Shown one piece after another: positions 52,445 to 62,919 of a stretch of DNA of 64,000 bases. Source of the DNA: Chiloscyllium plagiosum. Taxonomy: Eukaryota. Under the pieces are notes generated by a model. The model saw nothing but the letters and a program-made list of their open reading frames with translations, did no database searches and was not told where the DNA came from. How positions within the stretch are numbered: position 1 is the stretch's first letter; each line of letters opens with the position of its first letter. The stretch covers positions 80,885,436-80,949,435 of the forward strand of contig NC_057719.1 in NCBI RefSeq assembly GCF_004010195.1, read 5' to 3'. The position numbers and the translations under genes were made by a program.

Positions 52445-52985
52445 AAGATTTGTAACTCAGGTTGAGGTTCTGGATGTAGGTTTGCTCGCTGAGCTGGAAG
52501 GTTCATTTCCAAACGTTTCGTCACCCTATTAGGTAACATCTTCAGTGGGCTTCCAGGCAAAGCACTGCTGATAATTCCTGCCTTCTATTTATATGTTTCG
52601 GATTTTTTGGGTTGGTTATGTCATTTCCTGTGGTGATGTCATTTCCTGTGGTGGCATCATTTCCTGTTCTTTTTCACAGGGGGTGTGTTTTAAAAAATTC
52701 TCAAGGTCAAGGACCAGGCTCGCAGGAAAGTAGTCTGACACAGAACAAACAGCCAAGAGGCGAGTCTGTCATTTCCTGTGGTGGCATCATTTCCTGTTCT
52801 TTTTCACAGCGGGTGGTAGATGGGGTCTAATTCGATGTGTTTGTTGATAGAGTTCCGGTTGCCATGCTTCTAGGAATCCTCGTGCACGTCTCTGTTTGGC
52901 TTGTCCTAGGATGGATGTGTTGTCCCAGTCGAAGTGGTGTCCTCCCTCATCTGTATGTAAGGATACTAGTGAGAGAGGGAATGAT
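52445..52985 (-). mobile_element. Penelope-like element 3' end (third terminal-repeat family)
   Basis: SLVSLHTDEGGHHFDWDNTSILGQAKQRRARGFLEAW...NSINKHIELDPIYHPL, the GIY-YIG C-terminal region; 18-bp internal tandem repeats. Confidence 0.8.
52509..52548 (-). ncRNA. Minimal type I hammerhead ribozyme motif (intact core, third family)
   Basis: CCA-CUGAAGA-U-GUUACC-UAAUAG-GGUGAC-GAAA-CG-UU/UGG; stem I CCA:UGG and a 6-bp stem II. Confidence 0.75.
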
Positions 52986-53307
52986 TATCCAGCAAGTTAT
53001 TTTATTTTATTCATTCATAAGATGAGGGGATCACTGGCAACAACATTTATCAACCAACCCGAATTGCCCAGAGGGCAGTTAAGAGTCAATCATATTGCTG
53101 TGGTTCTGGAGTCACATGTAGGCCAGACCAGGAAAGGTTGGCAGTTTCCTTCCTTAAAGGACATTAGTGAGCTAGATGGATTTTTCCAACAGATGATAAT
53201 GGTTTCATAGCCATCAATAGACTTCTAATTCCAGATTTCTTTCTTTATAGAATTCAAATTCCACCATCTGCTATGGTGGGATTCAAACCATGTTCCTCAG
53301 AACACTA

Positions 53308-53631
53308 CAGAGTCATAGAGGCATGGAAACAGACCCTTCGGTCCAACCCGTCCATGCCGACCAGATATCCCAACCCAATATAGTCCCACCTGCCAGCACC
53401 CGGCCCATATCCCTCCAAACCCTTCCTATTCATATACCAAAAGCCTCTTAAATATTGCAATTGTATCAACCTCCACCACTTCCTCTGGCAGCTCATTCCA
53501 TTCACAGACAACCCTCTGCGTGAAAAAGTTGCCCCTTAGGTCTCTTTTATGTCTTTCCCCTCTCACCCTAAACCTATGCCCTCTCGTTCTGGGCTCCCCG
53601 ACCCCAGGGAAAAGACTTTGCCGATTTACCA
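53308..53631 (-). mobile_element. CR1 3' end nested in a second-family SINE (about 53010-53670)
   Basis: ORF 53426-53632 NRQSLFPGVGEPRTRGH...FFTQRVV. Confidence 0.9.
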
Positions 53632-54057
53632 TTACCTGGATGCCCGGAGTAACAACTCAGCAATAGTACCAAATTACAGGAGGGAAACCTAAAATTGAGA
53701 TATCACAGCTAGAAATGGCTAGGAAACAGAAAATGAATTGAGTTAGAAATAGAGGGAGAGAATAAAGAAAATCAGAGAAAAATAGAAAGTTACGAAAAGA
53801 AAAAAATGTAAAAAAACAGGAGGATATACAGAAACAGAAACTAATAGAAAAAGAAATAGAATTTAAAAAGCTTGAACCCCAAAGAAACAGGGAAATTAGG
53901 CAATATGAGTTGACAATGGAAAAGCTGAGAGTGAGGGAAAAACAAAGAATGAATGACTCCAATTCTAATGAGGGATTTCATTCAACTAAGCATCCACGCT
54001 TAGTGCCTACAGTTTTTAAGGATGGATCAAAAGATATTTCACTTCATTTGAGAAGAT

Positions 54058-54312
54058 AACTGGACAGATGAAGTGCTCAAAAGATGCTTGGACTTTAATT
54101 TTTTTTAGAAGTGTTTTGACAGGTACAGCAACAACTGTTTGTCAGAAGATCAATCTTCAGTTTATGAAACCATTAAAAAGGCAAGAACTGGACAGATGAA
54201 GTGCTCAAAAGATGCTTGGACTTTAATTTTTTTAGAAGTGTTTTGACAGGTACAGCAACAACTGTTTGTCAGAAGATCAATCTTCAGTTTATGAAACCAT
54301 TAAAAAGGCAAG
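54058..54312 (+). repeat. Near-perfect tandem duplication (128 + 127 bp) within gag
   Basis: 54058-54185 and 54186-54312 differ only by T8 versus T7. Confidence 0.95.
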
Positions 54313-54809
54313 ACTCGGTGATCATGAGCTTGTCCCTGAAGCACATCAATTAAAATTTACGACTTACAAGAAAGAAACTTGAGGAAAAAAGAAACGCTGT
54401 GGAATCAGTGTTTTGATCACTCAAGCCTGAGAAAATCTTTGAGAGTGGAAGCAGAATTATGATTCTGTTAGAATTCTGAAATAGCCTTCCTGCAAACTGA
54501 TACATTTATTTAGATATGGGTCAAGCATCAAAGATCAGAGAAGCTGCAGTTCTGGCAGATACCTGTGGTATCTCGCATAGATAATTACAGTGGAGAGATG
54601 TGAATTTACAAGGAAACTGGATGAATAGAAAATCTGCAGAGGAGAGATGTACTGGCTTAAGGGGATAAACACAAGGATGTCAAAGTTAGAAGGGACAAAA
54701 GCTAGAAACGAAAAGTTTTATAAAGAATATAATGCTTCCATTGTATTGTTTTCATGCCTGCATATGTCAGCTCTTTAAAAGTGAAGCCCTCTTCAAATTC
54801 AATTCTTGG

Positions 54810-54827
54810 ACCCCGCAAGAGCCTCCA
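54810..54827 (-). promoter_or_regulatory. Decayed tRNA-Pro primer-binding site
   Basis: TGGAGGCTCTTGCGGGGT matches TGGGGGCTCGTCCGGGAT at 14/18 positions, 5 nt from the LTR end. Confidence 0.7.
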
Positions 54828-54832
54828 CTTAT

Positions 54833-55937
54833 TGTGATTCCAGCTAATGTTGCTATTGGACAAGTCAGATCTCAGAATAAAGTCTGGCCTGGCGGATAAT
54901 ATTTTATTCATTTTTTTTCTCAAGTTAACGTGGCAGTCTTTTGCTGAGCACAACAGGCTGCAGATTTGGTTTTAACAACAAAACAGAAGTCTATTCGAAT
55001 TAGAATGTAATTAGGTTTATTGGCACGTGCACTCAATTTGCAGAAGGACAGGAAAACAGGGAAAAGTGCACAAAGTCACTAACACACAACACCAGCTTAG
55101 GTTCAAAATAGCTAGATACAAAACTCAGGTCCCAAAAAATATAGAAAATAAAGAAAAAAGTTACACTACATTACAGATATTCCTAGTATAATTTAGGAAA
55201 ATAAGAAATAAAGTTAACAGATAGACATTACAGTCTTCCATTATGCAAAAGAAAAGAAAATAAGCCAAGTTATCTCTATATAACATAAGTTAAAAGATAT
55301 CAAATACCTGGCAAAGTAAAGTCCTATCTTTTCACCAATGCCATCACTTTACAGTTAAAATAATTCCAGAGAAATTTCCTTTCCCTATCAAATATTTAAG
55401 TTTACTGAATTGCTTCTTTGAGCTGTGAGCTGCAAAGATTTTTTTTTGATAACTCACGCAACTGAGATCTTAGACTTTCTCAGCTGCAAATAACCAATGC
55501 AAACCTTCCTGGTCTAGGAGTTTTTACAAACTGAAATCCTTCCATTGAGGTAATTTATTCCCTTAGCTGCTATGAACAAACTCTTTCTTTCCAGGAGCTA
55601 TTATTTTTGCATCTAACTTCAGTCAGTTCGTTTTCAAACTGAACTCAGGAGCTCATAGCTATTAAAAAAAAACAAAGTCTGGCCCCAGCTTCTGACAGTT
55701 AAGGCTCAATATCTTTTTTCCCTTCTGCTATAAATCCCCCACAACATACACAAACTTCTATTAACGTTCCAGGACACATTTAGTCATCTACTCTCTATAA
55801 GCTAGTTTAAAATCATGGTTCCAAAAAGACTGACCTAGTTAATTGTTCAATGGACTAAACTGATATGCCACTAGTTAAAAATCAAACGCTAAATAATTTA
55901 TTAATACTGGTATATAAAGCGCAAGACTTTCATCACA
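54833..55937 (-). mobile_element. 5' LTR of the Gypsy provirus (about 1.1 kb, may contain insertions)
   Basis: TGTGAT...ATCACA 6-bp inverted termini; the inner end adjoins the PBS; the outer end is less certain. Confidence 0.65.
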
Positions 55938-56154
55938 GTATGTACTTTGCCTCCACTGGCCAACAATGCAGGACTATCTTGTGTTTAGCACAGTAGAAGC
56001 ACTTGCCATTGCTGGAACCTTGTGGTGTTTATGCTACTGACTCCATTTTTAAAAACAAACTGATTAAAAACAAACATTTTAAACACAGCAAGACGGAAAT
56101 CACCCTTCACAGATCTCGTTGCTGAAGAATTCCAAAGAAGATACGTGACTGAGG

Positions 56155-56660
56155 CAAAGTGGCACAAATCCTTCTTGCGGACAGGAACATGAAGGTCCTG
56201 ATGGACAGACTGGTGGGAAGGAATGATATTCCCTTTCCCTTGAGAAAAGAGATAGACAAAGCCATGACATCAGACTCTGCCAGCCAGGTCCAAAGTTGCC
56301 ACCTGGGTCAGTGCCACTTCCATGGTCAAAAGAAATGCACAGTAATGCCACAAGGACCTTCTGTGTTCTACTAGGGTAAGTGCTAACCATCTTCTCTCTC
56401 ATACCTCACAATCCTATGACTCTAGTAACTCACCCACCTCTTTCCAAAACACTTGGTCTACCCCACTTAATATTGCTGCCCTCTGCACGTCCTGCTCAAC
56501 CACCAGGGACACCTCGCCACCTTTCCTGCTCTTGCAGCAACACATGCAGCTGCACCAATCACTTCCATCTCACCCTTTGTCCCATTGCAGGAAAAGTTGA
56601 CCCACAGTTGAGCTGAGATGGCTATCCTTCAACTCTTCGCCCTAGATGAGGAGAAATATG
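56155..56660 (+). pseudogene. Second decayed Harbinger Myb/SANT-like gene with an intact GT-AG intron
   Basis: ADRNMKVLMDRLVGRNDIPFP...HQTLPARSKVATWVSATSMVKRNAQ*CHKDLLCSTR, then gtaagt (56376) ... cccattgcag (56590), then EKLTHS. Confidence 0.7.
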
Positions 56661-56889
56661 TGAGTTGGTGGAAGAGGGTAAGAGACTGTTTACCTGGTGA
56701 TGCCAAAATTCTCATGTCCTGGTAATTTATGATGCTTCATTTGTGCTATTCTGTTCTGCTCTCCCATTGGTACCACATCTTGTACCATGTGCCCTTGGAG
56801 CTGCTATGACATCCATATCCTTGAGAACGTTCAGGCGTTGAATGCCAGAATCTGGTTACTGGAAGACAAATGTGTATCTTTTAACACAG

Positions 56890-57700
56890 TGAAGCTGGCC
56901 AAGCAGAGGCTGATAGCCAAATTCAGTGCCCATGGGGATGGCCTCAACCGGGGTCTTGGGTTCATGTCACAGGTGACCCCACTACACTATACACAGACAC
57001 ACAGACACACAGACACACATACACACGCACACACACTCTCCTACTACTCACGCAGACCCTCTCTCATATGCTCACACATACATTCCCACACACACCCTCT
57101 CACAGACTTATACCCCTTTACACTCACATACACATACATACACATACTCTCTCACAGACACTCAATAACCTCCCCCCACCCACACACGCACACACACACA
57201 CCCACATCACACATACACATATACGTTTGTGGGGTGAATTTGTACTTGCAGAATTACATTTTACTTTGCTCAAAAACTGCACGAATCCATGGAAGAATCT
57301 GTAAATCCATTTTTCAGATTAGAGTCAGTCTGACCATTGTGGCACAGACAGTCTCACACAGGGAAGCTCACACCTTCAATGCATTATCTGGGCCGACATG
57401 ACACTAATTGTTAAAGTTCACTTGAGAATGTAACTTTTTAAAAATGTTTTGCGATTTACATATGAAAGAACTGGAACCAACATGGTCATTCTAAAAGATG
57501 AGAGACTTAACAAACACTCCAGGTCTTTTTCAGCATATAATTTCAGTTACATCACACTGTAAACTTGTGCTATAAATTCTGTGTCTCACAATCTTATTCA
57601 CCACAACCATCTGATGAAGGAGCGTCGCTCTGAAAGCTAGTGCTTCCAAATAAACCTGTTGGACTATAACCTGGTGCTGTGTGATTTTTAACCTTTGTAC
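56890..57700 (+). mobile_element. PLE 3' end (second family) with a CA-rich tract and terminal repeat
   Basis: KQRLIAKFSAHGDGLNRGLGFMS C-terminus; (CA)n-rich 56985-57220; hammerhead near the end. Confidence 0.8.
57608..57642 (+). ncRNA. Minimal type I hammerhead ribozyme motif (second family)
   Basis: CAU-CUGAUGA-A-GGAGC-GUC-GCUCU-GAAA-GC-UA/GUG. Confidence 0.7.
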
Positions 57701-58919
57701 ACACAAATAAAGTAGGAGATTGTAAGTGCAGTGGGGTCCCTTTAATTTTGTCTCTTCACTTATCATCCAAAAAAAGTAGCATTGCAAAAACGAGCATGTT
57801 GTGAAATGCTTACAGTTCAACATGAGAGGAAAGCAGCTTCTGACCCTTGTGCAACCAATGAAACCTTGGAACGTTTTTAGGAAACGTGGACTGCAGGTTC
57901 CCAGTGATGATGCCTGCTTCACAGAGATTACTACATGAAACTTGTAATGATCATTGGCATGGCCAGGAGTTATAATCTACATAGTTGACAAATGCTTGGG
58001 CGAGACTTGCAGAATGTTACGAAACGCAGATGACTTGAATCTGCTATCTGTAAGTGCCTGATTAATGCAATTGTCCTTTGAAGAACCTCACATCACAACA
58101 CAAGTGGAACACACAGCCACAGGCAAAACAAACTTACTTCACCCACTCTGAGTATATTGCCAGCTGTTTTCCATGTTTATTGCACAACTGAGAATCGGAT
58201 GAAGGTGGGACGCTTTCTGCTTGACTTTCTCAGAGAGAGAGAGAGAGAGGCAGAGAGTGTTGCAGGCTGCGCCTGTTATTCCCAGCACGCACTGACTTCA
58301 CACACTTCACCTTCCTTTCTGCACTCCAGTTCCTGTTATCCCAGTCAGGTTTGAGCTCCTCACACTCCCCCTTTTTAGAATTGTTCCTCTCCTCAATTTA
58401 CCCCCAAGCACTAGGATTATCAGTTAGTGATGCCCAACACAGTCGGACACTGTCTCCCTCACATTGAAGCCAGGATGGTGGTAACTACCAACAAAATCTC
58501 CTTCCAAAGTATCCCAGTACCTTTCAATACACTCTCATCCCAGAGCCTTCTATGTAGAGTTGCCCCTTCACATTGATTGTCCTCTCTGCTTCCCAGCACG
58601 CAGCCTCATTTCTCCACACTAGTCTTCCCCAACATGGCACTTGCTCTCAATACCCTCGTTTGGTGGTGGGGGTGGGGTAGGGGGGAGGGGGCTTCTATCA
58701 AACCTACAGGACTGACCACTCCAGGACTATATCAACATAAATCCTTGGACTTTGATTATGCTGAACGGCTGACTGACAGGTGGTGAACCCCCTGGACTAA
58801 GGTCAGACGGTGCCCTTGACTGACCATGGCTGGATCCTCTAACTAGCCATAGCTTCCTCTTGAATGGACTAAGGCCTACTCCCCTTTGACATGGCCATTT
58901 TGGTTGCAGTACATGCAGT

Positions 58920-59570
58920 GTTAAAAATCACGCAACACCAGGTAATAGTCCAACAGATTTATTTGGAAGGACTAGCTTTCAGAGCACTGCTCCTTCATCA
59001 GGCAGCTAGTAGGGCAGGTTCATAAGACACAGAATTCATGGCAGAAGATCACAGTGTCATGCAACTGAAACAATGCATTGAACAAACCTAGATTGCTGTT
59101 AAGTATTCCATCTTTTAGAATGAACTGCAGGTTTCAGTTCATTAATATATAAATCCCAGAACTTCTTTCAAGTCACATTCTCAAAGATAATTTAAGATTT
59201 TATTAAAGAAAGGTGACATTTCAGCTCAGACAATGTATTAAAGGTGTGAGGTTAGAGTCTGCCTGTATCCCAACCTTGAGCCAGGCTAGTTCTATTTCCA
59301 AAATGTTACATGGACGGACTGCCTGCAATGACTGACTGGAGATTGTGTGCTTTTTGAACAAAATAGAATGTATCTATTCTGCACTTGCAAATTCACTGCA
59401 TTGTCTTATACATGTGTGTGTGCATGTGAGGGAGAGGGAGAAAGAGAGAAAGAGAGAGAGAGAGAGGGAGGTAATGTGTGTGTGTGTTTGGGAGAGTGTA
59501 TGTGTGTGTGTGTGTTTGGGAGAGAGTGTGTGTGTGCATGTGAGCATGTGAGTGTGAGTGCGTGAGAATG
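58920..59570 (-). mobile_element. PLE 3' terminal region (second family, diverged), converging on the 56890-57700 copy
   Basis: Reverse-complement homology to about 57200-57690; (GT/GA)n tract; hammerhead core at 58970-59004. Confidence 0.8.
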
Positions 59571-59574
59571 TGTG

Positions 59575-60550
59575 TGCGTGCTTGGTAGAGGAGACCACAT
59601 TGAGAGCAATGGACACAATAAATGAGGTGTTTGGATGTGTAGGAAAATCTCTGCAGGATATGGAAGGATCCTTTGGGGCTTTGGACAGAGGTGAGGTGGG
59701 AGGTGTGTGCGTAGGTTTTACACCTCTTGCTGCAGCCAGGGAAACTGCCGGGAGTGGAGGGTGGGCTGGTGGGGGGTCATGGACCTAACAAGGGAGTCGC
59801 AGAGGGAATGGACTTTGCAGAACACAGATGGGGGTGGGGAGTGAATTATATCTCTGGTGGTGATTGTAGGTGGTGGAAATGATTGGGGATAGTCTGGAGA
59901 TTAATGGGATGGAAGGTGAGGACCAGGGGTCCATTGTTATCAATGTCGACTCCTATACATTGGGGAGACAGGATGCCAACTCGCAGAATATTTCAGGGAT
60001 CATCTCTGGAACACATGCACCAAACAACCCCACTGCTCTGTGGCTGACCACATCCCCTCCCACTCCGCAAGTCCTGGGCCTCCTCCACCGTCAAATCCAA
60101 GCCATCCGACATCTGAAGGAAGAATGCCCTATCTTCCGCCTTGGGACCCTCCAACCACATGGCATCAACGTCGACTTCACCAGTTTCCTCATCTCCCCTA
60201 CCCGCACCTCAGCCCAGGTCCAACCCTCCAACTCGGCACCGCCTTCTTGAACTGTCCTACCTGTCCATCTTCCTTCCCACCTATTTGTTCCACCCTCTCC
60301 TCCAACCGACCACCATCATCCCCCACCCATCACATTCCTAGCTACCTTCCCCCCAGCCCCACCCCCACCCTCTTATTTATCTCTCAATGCCCTTTCCCTA
60401 CCTCATGCCCCTACTCCCACCTTCCTGATGAAGGGTCTACGTCCGAGACGTTGACTCTTATGCTCCTCAGATACTGCTTGACATGCTGTGCTTTTCCAGC
60501 GCCACACTCTTGGACTCTGATCTCCCGCATCTGCAGTCCTCACTTTCTCT
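59575..60550 (+). mobile_element. PLE with an inverted 5' segment (about 59575-59930, minus strand), then GIY-YIG and terminal repeat
   Basis: YIGETG..., QVLGLLH...LKEECPIFRLGTLQPHGINVDFTSFLIS; hammerhead with a GAAA-to-GAGA change at about 60422-60456. Confidence 0.8.
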
Positions 60551-60914
60551 CAAGGACAGCATAACCTTGTAAAAGGAGCACAACATTTACTATACTTTTC
60601 CAACTTGCCCACCATTGCCTGTGCTGTTCAGAGTTGTGGAAAATTCACCCCGTCATATCATGGTTGCTTCAACTGCCCTCTGAAATGTTGTGGTAAACCA
60701 CTCAGTTCAAGGGTACTTTGGGATGGGCAAGAAATGTCGACTTTGTCTGTAGTGGCCAGGTCTCAAGAAAGGAAGAATTTTAAAAATAGATATGTTTGTG
60801 AAGTGTGAGTGTACGTTGTACAGTATGTAGCACATGCAATAAAACTTCAATTATTGTCTAGGATATACCGAGTAACATGAACAAGAATTTATAATTGAGT
60901 GTTGATGGTGAATA

Positions 60915-61383
60915 CCCTTGCCAACTTTTATAGGTGCGCGAACGAGAGCATTCTGTCTGGATGTATCACTACCTGGCATGGCAAGATCGGAGACGGTTAC
61001 AGAGAGTGGTGAACTCGGCCCGGACAATCACAAAGGCCAACCTCCCATCTATAGAATCCATTTACCAGGCCCGCTGTCAAGGAAAGGCCAGCATTCTTAA
61101 AGATCCATCCCACCCTGGCAATGCTTTTCTTCAACCTCTACCATCAGGGAGAAGGTACAGAAGCCTGAACACATGCACCAGCCGGTTTCGAAACAGTTTC
61201 TACCCTACTGTTGTTAGAATACTGAATGGACTCACAAACTCTGAGCATTTGCCTGTACCTATGTTTTGCTTTTGCCGCTGTTTACCTATTAGTTACTTAT
61301 CTATGCTACTTAACTCTGTGATCTGCCTGTATTGCTCGCAAGAAAAGCTTTTCGGTACACGTAACAATAAATTCAATTCAATT
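60915..61383 (+). mobile_element. Rex1/Babar-like LINE 3' end
   Basis: RRRLQRVVNSARTI...KDPSHPG...PLPSGRRYRS...SRFRNSFYP; aataaa plus (ttcaa)n tail. Confidence 0.8.
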
Positions 61384-61517
61384 GTGGGATGATCTGATCA
61401 AAAAGCTTGAAATGCTTAAAGAGTTTGAGAGAGTAGATACAGCGAGCAGAAGCTCATAGGAACCTGAACGCTGTTGGCTAAGGCAAGAATGGGGCAGAGT
61501 CGCGTAAGTCCAGCAAG

Positions 61518-61694
61518 TGTGTTGCTGGAAAAGCACAGCAGGTCAGGCAGCATTCGAGGAGCAGGATTCCTGATGAAGGGCTCTGGTCCGAAATGTCGAT
61601 TCTCCTGCTGCTCGGATGCTGCCTGACCTGCTGTGCTTTTCCAGCAACACACTCTCTCCTCTGATCTCCAGCATCTGCAGACCTCACTGTCTCC
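61518..61694. mobile_element. Fold-back PLE terminal-repeat insertion with a perfect 13-bp TSD and one hammerhead core (61566-61601)
   Basis: TAAGTCCAGCAAG at 61505-61517 and 61695-61707; CUGAUGA-A-GGGC-UCUG-GUCC-GAAA-UG-UC. Confidence 0.88.
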
Positions 61695-61929
61695 TAAGTC
61701 CAGCAAGGTCTATTTTGACATCAGGTGCAACATCTTTTAATTTGGTTTTGGGCATCAAGGCAAGAATCTTGCAAGGAAGTGCCTCTTAATGTGGAGCATC
61801 ACTCGCTAATGACCTTAATAACTGCACATCACACCATAGTAATGTGCAATGCCCTATCCTGTGGCCTGCTGATGGACAGTGAGAATCATCGACATGGATG
61901 CCAGAGTAAGTACCTAGTGACTTCAAATG

Positions 61930-62200
61930 GCCATTGACTATGAAGAGGCTCTATGTGGCTGACCACTCAAAAGCATCTCAGGGGGCACAATCCATGGGCA
62001 CCAGCTGCACGCGCTGCCAGGGACACTGTGCCGGAGTAGGAATGGAGACTTGGTGCAATTGGAGACATTACCCTCTCAATGGCTGTGAAAGTGCCAGCTG
62101 TGCTGAATCGCTAAATGACTGTCCCCTTGCAGGGAGCACTAGGTGAGCCTGTGTAAGATCTCTCGTCCGTGCAATCACAAATACACCTTGCAAATACTGG
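61930..62200 (+). pseudogene. Second Harbinger transposase N-terminal remnant
   Basis: About 62079: MAVKVPAVLNR*MTVPLQGALGE, frameshift, LCKIS; resembles the AVKV.AALNF.ATGSFQ...GDLCGISQ region. Confidence 0.55.
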
Positions 62201-62289
62201 CCACAAGCAATCGTTGATCATGACAAATTAACTTGGACAATCTCTGTGACGTAGAAGTGACCACACGCAATCTTAAAAGTGTAGGCGCA

Positions 62290-62865
62290 CGTGAGGACTG
62301 CAGATGCTGGAGAAATCAGAGTTGAAGTGTGTGGTGCTGGAAAAGCACAGCAGCTCAGGCAGCATCCGAGGAGCAGGAGAATCGACGTTCATCAGGGAAT
62401 GGGGCTTGTGAGCTGAGGGGGTAAGGTGGGGGGAGGGGAAATGAGGAAACTGGTGAAATCTACATTAATGCCGTGAGATTGGAGTGTCCCGAGGCGGAAG
62501 ATGAGGCGTTCTTCCTCCAAGCGTTGGGTGGTTAGGGAGTTGTAATGGAGGAGGCCCAGGACCTGCATTTCTTTGGCAGGGTGGGAGGGGGAGTTGAAGT
62601 GTTTGGCCACGGGCCAGTGGGATTGGCTGGTGCGGGTGTCCCGGAGATGTTCCCTGAAGCGCTCTGCGAGTAGGTGTCCTGTCTCCCCGACATAGAGGAG
62701 ACCGTGTTGGAAGCAATAAACACAGTAAGTGACACGTGTGGAAGTGCCGATAAAACTCTGGTGGATGTGGAAGGCTCCTTTGGGGCCTTGGACGGAGATG
62801 AGGGTGGAGGTGTGGGCCCAGGTTTTGCAATTCCTGCGGTGGCAGGGGAAGGTGCCAGGAGTGTC
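62290..62865 (-). mobile_element. PLE GIY-YIG fragment plus terminal repeat
   Basis: LLYVGETGHLLAERFREHL...AKHFNSPSH...LEEERLIFRLGTLQSHGINVDF. Confidence 0.88.
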
Positions 62866-62919
62866 ACCTGTAGTTGCTAATTCTCAAAGATATTCCACTA
62901 GTATCATTGCAGCATAAGT

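Larger units (their letters stand above)
52231..54743 (+). pseudogene. Decayed gag of the same Gypsy element, inverted relative to pol and LTR, with nested insertions (about 52445-53670)
   Basis: MILNVAKSFLAIKEITVEYLKSLTKAKLTEL; E/K-rich stretch 53700-53960; RLVP..YFTSFEKITGQMKCSKDAWTL; HELVPEAH; IREAAVLAD; ends at CFHC (54733-54744). Confidence 0.8.

Noticed and set aside
53657..53962. Phe-rich hydrophobic 101-aa minus-strand ORF
   Set aside because: Antisense of the A-rich gag E/K-rich region.
56787..57401. 204-aa His/Thr-rich ORF, the longest in the window
   Set aside because: Translation of a CA microsatellite tract joined to a PLE C-terminus.
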